Assembly (NCBI GenBank): GCA_947498315.1
Contig: CANMLD010000002.1
Coordinates: forward strand, 8,368 to 72,367
Source: Pseudomonadota bacterium
GTDB lineage: Bacteria; Myxococcota_A; UBA9042; GCA-2863065
Length of the DNA stretch: 64,000 nucleotides
Direction: 5' to 3'
Shown piece after piece: positions 45,226-56,288 of the stretch. The notes under the pieces are model-generated. The model saw nothing but the letters and a program-made list of their open reading frames with translations, made no database searches and was not told where the DNA came from. Position numbers and translations under genes: made by a program. Position 1 is the first letter of the stretch, and each line of letters begins with the position of its first letter.

Positions 45226-46470
45226 ATGAGTAACCTGGAGCACGCTGACCCCGAGATCGCTTCCCTCATTGCCCGAGAGGACCACCGGCAGGCTCGGCAG
45301 ATACGGCTCATTCCGAGTGAAAACTACACGAGTGCGGCCGTAATGGAGGCCACCGGGTCGTCCCTCACGAACAAGTACTCCGAGGGCTACCCGAACAAGC
45401 GCTACTACGAGGGTCAGGAGTTCATCGACCAGATCGAGCTCATCGCCATCGGCAGGGCCAAGTCGCTCTTCGGCGCCGAACATGTGAACGTTCAGCCCTA
45501 CAGCGGCTCGCCGGCGAACCTTGCGGCCTTCGTCGCCCTCTGCCAACCGGGCGACACGATCATGGGTCTCTCGCTTCCGCACGGTGGTCACCTCACACAC
45601 GGATGGTCGGTCTCGGCGACGGGTCAGTTCTACAAGTCGGAGCGATACGAGGTCCATCCTGAGACTCACCGCCTCGACTACGACGCGATTCGCGCCAAAG
45701 CGCTCGCGGTAAGGCCGCGAGTGCTCATCGCAGGCGCCACCGCGTACTCGCGTCAGATTGACTTCGCGATCTTCGCCGAGATCGCCAAGGAGTGCGGCGC
45801 ATACCTGCTCTGCGACATCGCTCACATCTCCGGCCTAGTCGCCGGCGGTGCCCATCCGTCACCCATTCCACACGCCGACGTCGTGTCAACGACCACCCAC
45901 AAGACGCTGCGTGGTCCGCGAGGCGGCATGCTCCTCTGCAAGGAGCTTCACGCGAAAGCCGTCGACAGAGCGGTGTTCCCCGGCTTGCAGGGCGGCCCTC
46001 ACGAGAACGTCATCGCGGGACTGGCCGTGGCGCTCAAGGAGGCTGCAACACCGGCCTTCACTGCTTACGCGCACGCGATCGTCGCCAACGCCAAAGCGCT
46101 TGCAGAGCGTCTGCTCGAGCACGGCTTCTCCCTGGTCACTGGCGGAACGGACAACCACCTGATCCTGTTTGACGCGACGTCGAAGGGGGCGACCGGAAAG
46201 GAGATGGCTCGGGCCATGGCGATAGCCGGTCTCGAAGCGAACGCCAACACCATCCCCTTCGACCCTCGCAAGCCGTTTGACCCGAGTGGCGTCCGCATCG
46301 GGACCCCCGCCGTGACCTCACGCGGCATGGGGCCCGCCGAGATGATCCAGATCGCCGACTGGATCGCCCGAGTCTCCGAAGCGCGACAGAGCCCCGACTC
46401 GCTCGCTCGCATCACGACGGAGATCGACACGCTCTGCCAGCAATTCCCGGCACCTGGCATACCCGTCTAG
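45226..46470 (+). CDS. glyA: Serine hydroxymethyltransferase
   Basis: N-terminus LIPSENYTSAAVMEA, the PLP-lysine region (TTTHKTLRGPRGG) and the length from Met at 45226 (414 aa) match GlyA. The part of the annotated ORF upstream of 45226 is non-coding. Confidence 0.9.
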   Translation: MSNLEHADPEIASLIAREDHRQARQIRLIPSENYTSAAVMEATGSSLTNKYSEGYPNKRYYEGQEFIDQIELIAIGRAKSLFGAEHVNVQPYSGSPANLAAFVALCQPGDTIMGLSLPHGGHLTHGWSVSATGQFYKSERYEVHPETHRLDYDAIRAKALAVRPRVLIAGATAYSRQIDFAIFAEIAKECGAYLLCDIAHISGLVAGGAHPSPIPHADVVSTTTHKTLRGPRGGMLLCKELHAKAVDRAVFPGLQGGPHENVIAGLAVALKEAATPAFTAYAHAIVANAKALAERLLEHGFSLVTGGTDNHLILFDATSKGATGKEMARAMAIAGLEANANTIPFDPRKPFDPSGVRIGTPAVTSRGMGPAEMIQIADWIARVSEARQSPDSLARITTEIDTLCQQFPAPGIPV

Positions 46471-46589
46471 TACGAGCCTCATCGAGAAAGAGCAGGGAGC
46501 GGAGCGAATCGACTTCAGACGATTCCGCGACCGACCCACTCGAACTTCAGCTTCAACTTCTACAATCCAAGACCCTCTGCATTTTTCCC

Positions 46590-46617
46590 GTTGACAGGAG
46601 GGTCATCATCTCTACAC
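46590..46617 (+). promoter_or_regulatory. Candidate sigma70-type promoter for the str operon (TTGACA-16 nt-TACACT) with a ~170-nt leader before rpsL
   Basis: ttgacaggagggtcatcatctctacact read directly. Position fits an rpsL promoter. Confidence 0.35.
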
Positions 46618-46790
46618 TCCGCCCGTCCTCTCGTGGGGGACGTGCCTTTAGGGAACCGCATCCGCCCGGCCTTCGCCGGACCCCGGGTGAAGGCCTTGGA
46701 GCCGGCGCCTTGACGCCAACACACGACAACGAAGACGCCAATCATGCTTGAGTGCATGCCAGGCGAGGGTTTTGGGGTTACGGCCAACTT

Positions 46791-47165
46791 ATGCCGACGA
46801 TCAACCAGCTGATTCGACAGGGCCGCGAAAGGCGTCGCGAGAAGAGCGATGCTCCGGCACTGATGAGCTGTCCGCAGCGACGTGGGGTTTGCACCCGCGT
46901 ATACACGACGACCCCGAAGAAGCCGAACTCGGCCCTTCGTAAGATCGCACGTGTGCGCCTCACCAACGGAATGGAGGTAACCTCCTACATCCCTGGTGAA
47001 GGGCACAGCCTCCAGGAGCACTCGATTGTGCTCATCCGCGGTGGGCGTGTGAAGGACCTCCCGGGCGTCCGCTATCACATCATTCGCGGCACGCTCGACG
47101 CCACCGGCGTCAATGGTCGCAAGAACGGCCGGTCCAAGTACGGTACCAAGCGGGGCAAGAAATAA
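46791..47165 (+). CDS. rpsL: 30S ribosomal protein S12
   Basis: The sequence [12 protein letters not shown], the motif [10 protein letters not shown] and the length of 124 aa all match S12. Confidence 0.95.
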   Translation: MPTINQLIRQGRERRREKSDAPALMSCPQRRGVCTRVYTTTPKKPNSALRKIARVRLTNGMEVTSYIPGEGHSLQEHSIVLIRGGRVKDLPGVRYHIIRGTLDATGVNGRKNGRSKYGTKRGKK

Positions 47166-47168
47166 GCC

Positions 47169-47639
47169 ATGTCGCGACGTCGTGACGTTCCGAAGCGCGA
47201 GCTCGGCCGGGACCCCCGGTACGGTGACTCGCTCGTCCAGAAGTTCATCAACACGATCATGAGCGAAGGCCAGAAAGCCGTCGCCGAGCGAATCGTGTAC
47301 GCCACGTTCGACGACATCGAGCGCCGTCTGAAAGACGATCCGCTGAAGGTGTTCAAGCGCGCACTCGACAACATCCGCCCTGCGGTGGAAGTCAAGAGCC
47401 GGCGCGTCGGCGGTTCGACCTATCAGGTGCCAGTCGAAGTGCGACCCGAACGTCGCACAACCCTGGCGCTGCGCTGGATGATCTTGTTCGCCCGCAAGCG
47501 AGGCGAGCGCGGCATGATCCAGAAGCTGTCTGCAGAAGTGCTCGACGCGGCGAACAACCGCGGCAGCGCGGTGAAGAAGCGCGAAGACACGCACCGCATG
47601 GCCGAAGCCAACAAGGCTTTCAGCCACTTCCGCTGGTAG
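47169..47639 (+). CDS. rpsG: 30S ribosomal protein S7
   Basis: The motifs PDPRYGD and VQKFIN and the length of 156 aa match S7. Confidence 0.95.
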   Translation: MSRRRDVPKRELGRDPRYGDSLVQKFINTIMSEGQKAVAERIVYATFDDIERRLKDDPLKVFKRALDNIRPAVEVKSRRVGGSTYQVPVEVRPERRTTLALRWMILFARKRGERGMIQKLSAEVLDAANNRGSAVKKREDTHRMAEANKAFSHFRW

Positions 47640-47699
47640 GCAACAGACCCGCCGGAGCTTCTCCAGTGGGCTGACCAGAACAATTACGTCGGTCTCGGG

Positions 47700-49832
47700 A
47701 TGTCTGGAACAGACAGTCCCGTGTCAGGCACCACCGGATTCGAACGGTCTTTTTCAGTGACTCGCTCGACTCCCATCGAAAGGCTGCGGAACATCGGAAT
47801 CATGGCCCATATCGACGCCGGTAAAACGACCACCTCGGAGCGCATGCTCCACTATGCAGGTGTGTCGCGTCGGATGGGCGAAGTGGACGATGGTTCCGCG
47901 ACGCTCGACTGGATGACGCAGGAGCAGGAGCGTGGCATCACCATCACGGCCGCTGCCACGTCTTTCCAGTGGCGCCAAAACCAGATCAACTTGATCGACA
48001 CGCCCGGCCACGTCGACTTCACGGTCGAAGTCGAACGAAGCCTCCGTGTCATCGATGGTGGGATCGCAGTCCTGTGTGGGGTTCGCGGGGTCGAGTCGCA
48101 GACGGAGACGGTGTGGCGCCAAGCAGACGCGCACCACATCCCCCGCCTCGCCTACATCAACAAAATGGACCGTCCCGGCGCCGACTTCGACGCGACAATC
48201 CAGTCGATGCGCGCACGACTCGGCGCCGCACCCGTCGCAGTCCAACTCCCCATTACAGATGACACCGGGCTCTGGGGCATCATCGACCTCGTCGAAATGA
48301 ACGCCGTCGTCTGGGGTGAAGATCCAACGGGCCGCACGCTCACGACGGAGAAAATCCCCGCGACGCACCTCGAAGCAGCGAACACTGCTCGCGACGTGCT
48401 CGTGGATGCAGTCGCCGTCAGCGACGACGACGTGCTCTCTGCCTGGCTCCATGGCACTCTAAACGCCGCCGCGCTGCGCGCTGGGCTTCGTCGCGCCACG
48501 CTGGCGGGGCGACTCATACCGACCCTCTGTGGTGCCTCGCGGAAGAACCGAGGCGTCCAGCCCTTACTCGACGCGGTAGTAGACTACCTCCCGTCGCCAC
48601 TCGACGTCGCGTCGGCGAGCCCGAACCACTTCGCGCCGTCGAACGACCCCACCGCACCGCTCGCGATGCTGGCCTTCAAAGTCCAGCGCCTCGCCGGCGG
48701 AGAACCAGCGTGCTTCGTACGCGTGTACTCAGGCACTCTCCGCGTCGGAGACCGAATCCTGAACGTCCGTTCCGGCGTTTCGTGCGAGGTCACACGTGTC
48801 GTGAAGGTCCATGCACGCGACGTCGACGACGTCGCTGCGGTCTTCGCCGGCGACATCGCTGCCATTTACGGCGTCGGCGAGGTCGCCACTGGTGACACAC
48901 TCACCGCGCCCGAGGCCCCGCTGACGCTGAGCCCCATCTTCGTAGCCGAACCGGTCGCTCGAGTGCGTCTCCTTCCGGCTACTGACCTCGACGCAGCACG
49001 GCTGCCGAACGCTCTCGGCGCGCTGCTGCTCGAAGACCCAACCCTGAAGGTCGAAACCGACCCAGAGACGGGCCTCCCGGTCCTCGCCGGTATGGGCGAG
49101 CTCCACCTCGAGCTCGCCGTGGAGCGCCTGATCCGTGAATCGCGGATCGCCGTTCGCGCCGGTCGTCCTTTCGTCGCCCTCCGCGAGACCATCCGCGAGA
49201 GCGCCAACGGCCGCATCGAGGTGAATCGCCCCGTCGCCGCCGCGTCCATTCAGGGTCGCACGCGCAACCCGGTGCAGTTCGCCGCCTTCCGTGCAGACCT
49301 CGCGCCTCTCCCGCGAGGGCAGGGCGTAGTCATCGACCTCGCCCCAGCGGGAATCGACAAGGCCTCGTTGGCAGCGCTCGAAATCGGCCTGCGCGAGGGG
49401 CTGAACCGCGGCGTCCTCGCGGGCTATCCGATGACGGACATCCTTGTGACCGTGTCACACGGGGAGTCACATCCCCTCGATTCGAGCCCAGCCGCGTTTC
49501 ACGCCGCCGGCCTCGCCATCCGTTCGCTTCTACCAGAAGCACGGCCCGCCATACTCGAGCCGCTCATGGCGCTCGAAGTGGTGACCCCCGATGCTTGCAT
49601 CGGTGAAGTTTTGATGGACCTCTCCATCCGTCACGCTACTGTGCGCGAAGTGACGGCGCGCGCGGGTACTCAGGTCGTGCGGGCGCTTGTGCCGCTCCGT
49701 TCGATGTTCGGTTACTCGACTGACCTTCGGTCGCGCACCCAGGGGCGCGCGACGTTTAGCATGACTTTCGACAGCTTCGATGTAGCAGCAGCGGAGACGA
49801 GCACTGCGCTCGCCGCTGCCGCCCGCGACTAA
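47700..49832 (+). CDS. fusA: Elongation factor G (divergent in domains III-V relative to canonical EF-G)
   Basis: G-domain motifs NIGIMAHIDAGKTT, DTPGHVDF and NKMD. 710 aa. Lies in the canonical position after rpsG. Confidence 0.85.
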   Translation: MSGTDSPVSGTTGFERSFSVTRSTPIERLRNIGIMAHIDAGKTTTSERMLHYAGVSRRMGEVDDGSATLDWMTQEQERGITITAAATSFQWRQNQINLIDTPGHVDFTVEVERSLRVIDGGIAVLCGVRGVESQTETVWRQADAHHIPRLAYINKMDRPGADFDATIQSMRARLGAAPVAVQLPITDDTGLWGIIDLVEMNAVVWGEDPTGRTLTTEKIPATHLEAANTARDVLVDAVAVSDDDVLSAWLHGTLNAAALRAGLRRATLAGRLIPTLCGASRKNRGVQPLLDAVVDYLPSPLDVASASPNHFAPSNDPTAPLAMLAFKVQRLAGGEPACFVRVYSGTLRVGDRILNVRSGVSCEVTRVVKVHARDVDDVAAVFAGDIAAIYGVGEVATGDTLTAPEAPLTLSPIFVAEPVARVRLLPATDLDAARLPNALGALLLEDPTLKVETDPETGLPVLAGMGELHLELAVERLIRESRIAVRAGRPFVALRETIRESANGRIEVNRPVAAASIQGRTRNPVQFAAFRADLAPLPRGQGVVIDLAPAGIDKASLAALEIGLREGLNRGVLAGYPMTDILVTVSHGESHPLDSSPAAFHAAGLAIRSLLPEARPAILEPLMALEVVTPDACIGEVLMDLSIRHATVREVTARAGTQVVRALVPLRSMFGYSTDLRSRTQGRATFSMTFDSFDVAAAETSTALAAAARD

Positions 49833-49847
49833 GACCAAGGCAGATCC

Positions 49848-50159
49848 ATGGCGTACAGTAACAAGATTCGTATCCGGCTCAAGGCCTACGACCACAAGCT
49901 CCTAGACCAATCCGTCGGCGAGATCACCGACACGGTGCGTCGAACGGGTGCTCGGATCGCGGGCCCGGTGCCGCTCCCGACGAAGATCAACAAGTACACG
50001 GTTCTGCGCGGCCCGCACGTGGACAAGAAGAGCCGCGAGCAGTTCGAGATTCGGACGCACAAGCGGCTCATCGACATCCTCGAGCCGACGCAGCAGACCT
50101 TGGACGCGCTGATGAAGCTCGACCTCTCCGCGGGCGTGGACGTCGAAATCAAGACCTGA
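49848..50159 (+). CDS. rpsJ: 30S ribosomal protein S10
   Basis: Protein [22 protein letters not shown]... of 103 aa. Confidence 0.95.
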   Translation: MAYSNKIRIRLKAYDHKLLDQSVGEITDTVRRTGARIAGPVPLPTKINKYTVLRGPHVDKKSREQFEIRTHKRLIDILEPTQQTLDALMKLDLSAGVDVEIKT

Positions 50160-50282
50160 CGCAGCCTGATGGCAACGGCACCGGGTGGTCAGAAGACCAC
50201 CGCCCACTCGAGCAGTCGAGCTGAGCCCACGGTTGCCCGGAGCCCCCTGGCAAGCCCGTGACTAGAGGAACGAGGAACTGAC

Positions 50283-50903
50283 GTGGCGACACAACCAGTC
50301 TACAACCTGAACAAGCAAGAAATCGGCTCGATCGAGCTCGACGACGCCGTATTCGGCGTCGAGATAAAGGAGCACCTCTTCCACGAGGTGGTCCGCTCGC
50401 AGCTCGCTTGCCGCCGCTCCGGCAATCACAGCACGAAGGACCGCAGCGAGGTCCACGGCCACAACAAGAAGCCGTTCAAGCAGAAGGGCACGGGCCAAGC
50501 TCGCCAGGGTGACGTCAAGTCCCCCATCTGGCGCGGCGGCGGTGTGGTCTTCGGACCACGTCCGCGCGACTACAGCTACAAGCCGCCTCGCAAGGTCCGC
50601 CGCGCCGCTCTGCGCTGCGCACTGGCCAAGCGCCTTGCAGACCAGAAGCTTTGGGTCATCGACTCTCTCGAACTTCCGGAGATCAAAACGAAGGCGATCG
50701 CTGCCGTCGCGACAAGATTCGGTTGGAACAGTGCGCTTTTCGTTGACGAGAGCAACGTCCACCTGCAGAAGTCCACTGCCAATCTCGTGAAGCACCAGTT
50801 CCTCGCTCGCGGGGGCCTGAACGTTTACGACATCCTCCGGTACGAGCACCTCGTGGTCTCCAAGGCTGCGGTGCAGAACATCATGGGAGCGCTTTCGAAA
50901 TGA
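50283..50903 (+). CDS. rplD: 50S ribosomal protein L4 (GTG start)
   Basis: The sequence [31 protein letters not shown] matches L4. Confidence 0.9.
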   Translation: MATQPVYNLNKQEIGSIELDDAVFGVEIKEHLFHEVVRSQLACRRSGNHSTKDRSEVHGHNKKPFKQKGTGQARQGDVKSPIWRGGGVVFGPRPRDYSYKPPRKVRRAALRCALAKRLADQKLWVIDSLELPEIKTKAIAAVATRFGWNSALFVDESNVHLQKSTANLVKHQFLARGGLNVYDILRYEHLVVSKAAVQNIMGALSK

Positions 50904-51202
50904 GCGAGCCGTCCTCCGATACCTACAAAGTCCTCAAGCGCCCTCTCATCACTGAGAAGGGGCAGGCCATGCGTGACGCTGCAGGGAAGTACCTCTTCGA
51001 GGTAGCCTCGTCCGCGAACAAGATCCAGGTCGCTCAGGCAGTCGAGGCGCTCTTCGGAGTTCGCGTCGACTCGGTGAACACCCAGTGGGTCCGCGGTAAG
51101 AACAAGCGAGTGGGCCGCCACATGGGCCGCAAGCCGAACTGGAAGAAGGCGATCGTGACGCTCCGCAAGGGCGACGCAATCGACCTGTACACGGGAGCTT
51201 AA
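50900..51202 (+). CDS. rplW: 50S ribosomal protein L23
   Basis: 100 aa, with the motifs [10 protein letters not shown] and KYLFEV. Confidence 0.9.
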   Translation: MSEPSSDTYKVLKRPLITEKGQAMRDAAGKYLFEVASSANKIQVAQAVEALFGVRVDSVNTQWVRGKNKRVGRHMGRKPNWKKAIVTLRKGDAIDLYTGA

Positions 51203-51207
51203 TCGTA

Positions 51208-52035
51208 ATGGCCATTCAAGTTTACAAGCCGACCAGCGCAGGCCGCCGCGGTCAGACGTCGCAAGACTTCTCCGAGCTCGGCGGGGATCAGACCCCCGAA
51301 CGTTCGCTCGTCGAGGGCAAGCGTCAGACCGGTGGCCGTAATCACTACGGTCGCATCACCGCCCATCACCGTGGTGGTGGTCACAAGAAGCGCTACCGAC
51401 TCGTCGACTTCCGTCGCGAGAAGGACTCAGTGCCGGGCAAGGTCGTTGCAATTCAATACGACCCGAACCGCACCGCTCGCATCGCACTCGTGAACTATCA
51501 CGACGGCGAAAAGCGCTACATCATCGCTCCGTTTGGCCTCAAGGTCGGACAGAACGTGTTCAGCGCCGCCAGCGGCATCGACATTCAAGTCGGCAACGCC
51601 ATGCCGCTCAGCCAGATCCCCCTCGGCACGACTATTCATAATGTCGAACTGAAGCCGGGCGCTGGCGGGCAGATGGTTCGAAGCGCAGGTGTTTCGGCCC
51701 AGCTCATGGCCAAAGAGGGCAAGTACGCGCTTGTTCGTCTTCCGTCTGGCGAGCTTCGCCAAGTGCTTCTCACCTGCCGTGCGACGATTGGTCAGGTTGG
51801 TAACGTCCAACACTCCAACGTCAACCTCGGCAAGGCGGGTCGCAACCGATGGAAGGGCTGGCGCGGGCACGTTCGTGGCGTGGCCATGAACCCGGTCGAC
51901 CACCCACATGGTGGTGGCGAGGGCCGCACCAGCGGCGGTCGCCATCCCGTGACTCCGTGGGGTTTCCCCACGAAGGGCAAGAAGACCCGCCACAACAAGC
52001 GGACCGACCGTTTCATCGTCAAGCGTCGCAAGTAG
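51208..52035 (+). CDS. rplB: 50S ribosomal protein L2
   Basis: The motifs [12 protein letters not shown] and [13 protein letters not shown] are L2 signatures. Confidence 0.95.
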   Translation: MAIQVYKPTSAGRRGQTSQDFSELGGDQTPERSLVEGKRQTGGRNHYGRITAHHRGGGHKKRYRLVDFRREKDSVPGKVVAIQYDPNRTARIALVNYHDGEKRYIIAPFGLKVGQNVFSAASGIDIQVGNAMPLSQIPLGTTIHNVELKPGAGGQMVRSAGVSAQLMAKEGKYALVRLPSGELRQVLLTCRATIGQVGNVQHSNVNLGKAGRNRWKGWRGHVRGVAMNPVDHPHGGGEGRTSGGRHPVTPWGFPTKGKKTRHNKRTDRFIVKRRK

Positions 52036-52110
52036 CAGCCGCACCCGAGACGGAACTCAGCGCCCCCCGTGGGGAAGCCATCTACTCGGCGGACAAAAGA
52101 GGAAGACAGC

Positions 52111-52389
52111 ATGCCCCGTTCGCTCAAAAAGGGTCCCTTCGTGGACACCCACCTCATCCGGAAGGTTACGGAAGCGCAGGCCAGCCAGAGCAAGAAGGTC
52201 ATCAAGACCTGGTCGCGTCGCTCCATGATCCTGCCCGAGATGATCGGCCTCAACTTCGCCGTCCACAACGGCCGCAAGTTCATGCCCGTCTATGTCACGG
52301 AGAACCACGTCGGCCACAAGCTCGGCGAGTTCTCGGGTACGCGCACCTTCCACGGCCACTCAGCCGACAAGAAGGGAAAGAAGAAGTAG
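52111..52389 (+). CDS. rpsS: 30S ribosomal protein S19
   Basis: The sequence [12 protein letters not shown] and the motif HNGRKF match S19. RBS ggaag lies upstream. Confidence 0.95.
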   Translation: MPRSLKKGPFVDTHLIRKVTEAQASQSKKVIKTWSRRSMILPEMIGLNFAVHNGRKFMPVYVTENHVGHKLGEFSGTRTFHGHSADKKGKKK

Positions 52390-52392
52390 GCC

Positions 52393-52755
52393 ATGGATCA
52401 GCTCGAACAGCATGAAAACGAAGCTTGCGCGCGCGGTCGCTTCGTGCGAATCGCCCCGCGCAAGGTTCGCGTCGTCGCCAATCTCATCCGGACCAAGCCC
52501 GTCGCTGAGGCCCTAGAGATTCTGGCATTCACGAACAAGCGTGGCGCCAAGGTGCTTCGCCATCTCCTCGACTCCGCCGTAGCGAACGCCCAAGCGCGTA
52601 AGCTCAGCGACGTCGACCAACTGGTGGTGAAGCGCATCCTAGTCGACCAGGGCCCGGCGTACCGCCGGTTCCGTCCCCGCGCGATGGGGCGGGCTTCCCG
52701 CGTCAACAAGTTCACTAGCCACATTCACATCTTCGTCGGCGACGCGGCGCAGTAA
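52393..52755 (+). CDS. rplV: 50S ribosomal protein L22
   Basis: 120 aa with an L22-like pattern (ARFVRIAPRKVRVVANLIR). Confidence 0.9.
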   Translation: MDQLEQHENEACARGRFVRIAPRKVRVVANLIRTKPVAEALEILAFTNKRGAKVLRHLLDSAVANAQARKLSDVDQLVVKRILVDQGPAYRRFRPRAMGRASRVNKFTSHIHIFVGDAAQ

Positions 52756-52765
52756 GGAGTAGATC

Positions 52766-53392
52766 GTGGGTCAAAAGACACATCCGTATGGGTTCCGCCT
52801 CGGGGTGATCCGCGACTGGCAGTCCCGCTGGTTCGAGGAAAAAAACTACGCCCAATGGCTTCATGAGGATCTTCGCCTCAAGGAGTTCATTCGTACCCAG
52901 TTGAAGCACGCCGGGATCTCACACATCGAGATCGAGCGGGCTCGCACGCGCCTGAAGATCAACATCCACACCGCCCGCCCGGGGATCATCATCGGGAAGA
53001 AGGGGCAGGGTGCGGAAGATCTGAAGAAGCAACTGCAGAAGATCGCGAACGCCGACATCTCGCTCGCCATCCACGAGGTCCGAAAGGCCGAGTTGGACGC
53101 GCAGCTGGTGGCGGAGAACGTCGCGACCCAGCTCGAGCGTCGCGTGAGCTTCCGACGGGCGATGAAGAAAGCAGTCTCCACTGCCATGCGGTTCGGCGCC
53201 AAGGGAGTGAAGATCATGTGCAACGGCCGACTCGGTGGGGCCGAGATGAGCCGTCGCGAATGGTACCGTGAAGGACGCGTCCCGCTGCACACGCTGCGTG
53301 CGGACGTCCAGTACGGCCTAGCATTGGGCAAGACCACGTACGGCGTCATCGGCGTCAAGTGCTGGATCTTTAAGGGCGAGGTGTTCACGTAA
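52766..53392 (+). CDS. rpsC: 30S ribosomal protein S3 (GTG start)
   Basis: The sequence [22 protein letters not shown] contains a KH domain. Confidence 0.95.
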   Translation: MGQKTHPYGFRLGVIRDWQSRWFEEKNYAQWLHEDLRLKEFIRTQLKHAGISHIEIERARTRLKINIHTARPGIIIGKKGQGAEDLKKQLQKIANADISLAIHEVRKAELDAQLVAENVATQLERRVSFRRAMKKAVSTAMRFGAKGVKIMCNGRLGGAEMSRREWYREGRVPLHTLRADVQYGLALGKTTYGVIGVKCWIFKGEVFT

Positions 53393-53808
53393 TGCTCTCT
53401 CCAAAAAAAGTGAAACATCGGAAGACGTTCAAAGGCGTTCGTGGCGGCATGGCCACGCGCGGTGCTGAAGTCTCCTTCGGTGAATACGGGCTCCTCGCGC
53501 TGCAAGACGGCTGGATAACGGCACGTCAGATCGAAGCCGCTCGTATCTCAATGACCCGCAAGATCAAGCGCGGCGGTAAGGTCTGGATCCGAATTTTCCC
53601 AGACAAGCCCATTACTCGGAAGCCAGCTGAGACTCGTCAAGGTCACGGTAAGGGCAACCCCGAGTTCTGGGTTGCCGTTGTCGAGCCAGGCCGCATCCTC
53701 TACGAGATGGAGGGGGCGGAGCCGCAAGTGATGATCGAAGCTCTCACGCTCGCTGCGTCCAAGCTTCCCATCAAGACGAAGGTCGTTCGTAAGGGAGAGT
53801 TCGCATGA
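53392..53808 (+). CDS. rplP: 50S ribosomal protein L16
   Basis: The sequence [19 protein letters not shown] and the motif RQIEAARI match L16. Confidence 0.95.
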   Translation: MLSPKKVKHRKTFKGVRGGMATRGAEVSFGEYGLLALQDGWITARQIEAARISMTRKIKRGGKVWIRIFPDKPITRKPAETRQGHGKGNPEFWVAVVEPGRILYEMEGAEPQVMIEALTLAASKLPIKTKVVRKGEFA

Positions 53809-54008
53809 AAGCCGGGGATGTCCGCGCAATGGGAGTCGAGCAGCTGAAGCTCGCCGAGCGCAACACCACTGAGGAGCTCTGGAAGCTCCGGTTCCAACAT
53901 CACACGGGTCAGCTCCAAAACACGGCTGGCCTCCGCGAGACGCGTAAGAAGCTCGCTCGCATCAAGACCGTGCTGAACGAGCGTCAGCGCGGCATGGAGG
54001 GCAACTGA
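53805..54008 (+). CDS. rpmC: 50S ribosomal protein L29
   Basis: 67 aa with the ELWKLRFQ motif. Confidence 0.85.
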   Translation: MKAGDVRAMGVEQLKLAERNTTEELWKLRFQHHTGQLQNTAGLRETRKKLARIKTVLNERQRGMEGN

Positions 54009-54009
54009 C

Positions 54010-54282
54010 ATGAGCGAGCAAACGAGCGAGCGCGGTCGTGGCAAGCAACTGACCGGTCGCGTGGTCAGCAACAAGATGCAGAAGACCATCGTGGTCGAGG
54101 TCACGAGCCGGGTGAAGAATCCGCGGTACATGAAGTACATCACTCGTGCGAAGCGCTACAAAGCGCATGACGAAGCGAACGACTGTGGCATCGGCGACGT
54201 CGTCACCATCCAGGAATGCCGGCCGATGTCCGCCGACAAGCGGTTCCGCCTCTTGACGGTCAAGGAGCGCGCGGCGCAGTAA
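54010..54282 (+). CDS. rpsQ: 30S ribosomal protein S17
   Basis: The sequence GRVVSNKMQKTIVVEV and the motif KAHDE match S17. Confidence 0.9.
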   Translation: MSEQTSERGRGKQLTGRVVSNKMQKTIVVEVTSRVKNPRYMKYITRAKRYKAHDEANDCGIGDVVTIQECRPMSADKRFRLLTVKERAAQ

Positions 54283-54304
54283 GCGCCCGTGACGGGAACG
54301 AGCC

Positions 54305-54676
54305 ATGATTCAAGCACAGTCATTCCTCAGTGCCGCTGACAACTCGGGAGCAAAGCTCCTGCAGTGCATCAAGGTCCTTGGGGGCACCAATCGTACCACA
54401 GCGGGAATCGGCGATATCATCGTCGTGTCCGTGAAGGAGGCGATCCCCAAGGCCAAGGTCAAGAAGGGTCAAGTCCTTCGGGCCGTCATCGTGCGTACGG
54501 TGAAGGAAAACCGCCGTGAAGACGGCAGTTACATCAAGTTCGACGACAATGCAGCCGTTCTGCTCGGAGGCCAAGGCCTCGAGCCAGTCGGCACGCGAAT
54601 CTTCGGACCAGTGGCGCGCGAGCTTCGCAGCCGCAAGTTCATGAAGATAATCTCGCTAGCACCGGAGGTGCTGTGA
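54305..54676 (+). CDS. rplN: 50S ribosomal protein L14
   Basis: The sequence [17 protein letters not shown] and the motif IIVVSVKEA match L14. Confidence 0.95.
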   Translation: MIQAQSFLSAADNSGAKLLQCIKVLGGTNRTTAGIGDIIVVSVKEAIPKAKVKKGQVLRAVIVRTVKENRREDGSYIKFDDNAAVLLGGQGLEPVGTRIFGPVARELRSRKFMKIISLAPEVL

Positions 54677-54996
54677 TGTCTCGTATCCGAAGAGACGATT
54701 CGGTGATGATTGTCGCCGGGAAAGACAAGGGCAAGGTTGGTCGTGTGTTGAAGCTCGTCAATGGGGGGAAGAAGATCCTCATCGAGAAGCTGAACATCGC
54801 GCGCCGCCACATCAAGCGGACTCAGCAGAATCCGCAGGGTGGCATCGTGGACAAGGAAATGCCGCTCGACATTTCGAACGTCGCGCTCATCGGCCCTTCG
54901 GGGAAGACGACCCGCGTGCGCTTCAAGGTGGAGAACGTCGGTGGCAACTCCGTCAAGACCCGCGTTGCAGTCAAGACCAACGAGACGATCGGGTAG
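54673..54996 (+). CDS. rplX: 50S ribosomal protein L24
   Basis: KOW motif [17 protein letters not shown]. Confidence 0.9.
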   Translation: MMSRIRRDDSVMIVAGKDKGKVGRVLKLVNGGKKILIEKLNIARRHIKRTQQNPQGGIVDKEMPLDISNVALIGPSGKTTRVRFKVENVGGNSVKTRVAVKTNETIG

Positions 54997-55005
54997 GAGT
55001 GAGCC

Positions 55006-55581
55006 GTGGTCAATGATGCAGAGAAAGAAGCCGTGGCGCGCATTGAAGCCCGGCTGAAGCAAAAGTACGACTCCGAGGTTCGTGAGACCCTCGCTAAGGA
55101 GTTCGGTCTGGGTGCGATGGAAGTGCCTCGACTCCAGAAGATCGTGCTGAACATGGGTCTCGGTGAAGCTGCTCGCGAGCCGAAGGTCATGGATTCGGCC
55201 GTCAAGGAACTGGCGCTCATTACCGGACGCAAGCCGCTGGTCACGATCGCTCGGAAATCGATCGCCGTCTTCAAACTCCGCGAGGGGATGAAGATTGGCG
55301 CCAAGGTGACCCTGCGTCGCGATGCCATGTACGAGTTCCTCGATCGACTAATCCATGTCGCGCTCCCTCGGGTTCGTGACTTCCGCGGCGTCAGCCGCAA
55401 GGGATTCGACGGTCGCGGTAACTACTCGATGGGCATCCGGGAGCAGATCATCTTCCCCGAGATCGAGTACGACAAGATCGACAAGGTCAAGGGCCTCAAC
55501 GTGACCTTCGTCACGACGGCCAAGACCGACGAGCAGTGCCTGAGCCTCCTGACGCACCTTGGCGTGCCGTTCCGCAAGTAG
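55006..55581 (+). CDS. rplE: 50S ribosomal protein L5 (GTG start)
   Basis: The motifs [15 protein letters not shown] and [14 protein letters not shown] match L5. Confidence 0.95.
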   Translation: MVNDAEKEAVARIEARLKQKYDSEVRETLAKEFGLGAMEVPRLQKIVLNMGLGEAAREPKVMDSAVKELALITGRKPLVTIARKSIAVFKLREGMKIGAKVTLRRDAMYEFLDRLIHVALPRVRDFRGVSRKGFDGRGNYSMGIREQIIFPEIEYDKIDKVKGLNVTFVTTAKTDEQCLSLLTHLGVPFRK

Positions 55582-55600
55582 TGCGGAGGAGTTGATCCCA

Positions 55601-55870
55601 ATGGCGAAAAAGTCCCATTTCGAGAAAGAGAAGAAGCGCGACGTCCTCATAAAGAAGTTCGCTGTGAAGCGTGCTGCTTTGAAGAAGAAGGGGGACTGGG
55701 CTGCGTTGTCGGAGCTTCCGCGCAATTCGAGCCCTGTCCGCAAGCGGAACCGCTGCGCCATTACCGGTCGTTCTCGTGCATTCATGCGCAAGTTCGGCCT
55801 CTGCCGTAACATGTTCCGTGAGCTCGCGCTCAGTGGCGAACTGCCCGGCGTGACCAAGTCGAGCTGGTAA
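55601..55870 (+). CDS. rpsN: 30S ribosomal protein S14 (89 aa, non-zinc-ribbon type)
   Basis: The sequences [13 protein letters not shown] and [21 protein letters not shown] match S14. Confidence 0.85.
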   Translation: MAKKSHFEKEKKRDVLIKKFAVKRAALKKKGDWAALSELPRNSSPVRKRNRCAITGRSRAFMRKFGLCRNMFRELALSGELPGVTKSSW

Positions 55871-55880
55871 GGAGTCGACC

Positions 55881-56276
55881 ATGATGACCGACCCGATCGC
55901 AGATCTGCTGACGCGGATCCGCAACGCAGGCGCTGCGCGGCACGCTGGACTCCGGATTCCGGCGTCCAAAGTGAAAGAGCAGATCGCCTCCATCCTGAAG
56001 AACGAAGGGTTCATTGAGAGCGTCGAGCTCGTACCCGAAGGTCCACAGGGCACACTCAACATTCTGCTGAAGTACGGGCACGACAAGCAGTGCGTCATTC
56101 GTGGCGTGCGCCGTCTGTCGAAGCCCGGCTGCCGTCAGTACGTCAAGACGAACGACATTCCAAAGGTCCTCGGCGGCCTCGGAATTGCGATCGTCTCCAC
56201 GTCGCAGGGGATGATGACCGACCGCGCGGCCCGAAAGGCTCGTGTGGGCGGTGAGCTCATCTGCGCCGTCTGGTAG
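55881..56276 (+). CDS. rpsH: 30S ribosomal protein S8
   Basis: The sequence MTDPIADLLTRIRNA matches the S8 N-terminus. Confidence 0.95.
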   Translation: MMTDPIADLLTRIRNAGAARHAGLRIPASKVKEQIASILKNEGFIESVELVPEGPQGTLNILLKYGHDKQCVIRGVRRLSKPGCRQYVKTNDIPKVLGGLGIAIVSTSQGMMTDRAARKARVGGELICAVW

Positions 56277-56288
56277 GAGAACTCCGAC

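Noticed and set aside
46560-47627. 355-aa minus-strand ORF overlapping rpsL and rpsG
   Set aside because: It is antisense to two unambiguous ribosomal protein genes and is therefore spurious.
50160-50282. Remnant of rplC in the rpsJ-rplD spacer, and remnants of rpsD (61624-61756) or rpmD (57907-58098) in the other spacers
   Set aside because: Translation in all frames gives nothing resembling L3, S4 or L30. The spacers are simply non-coding.
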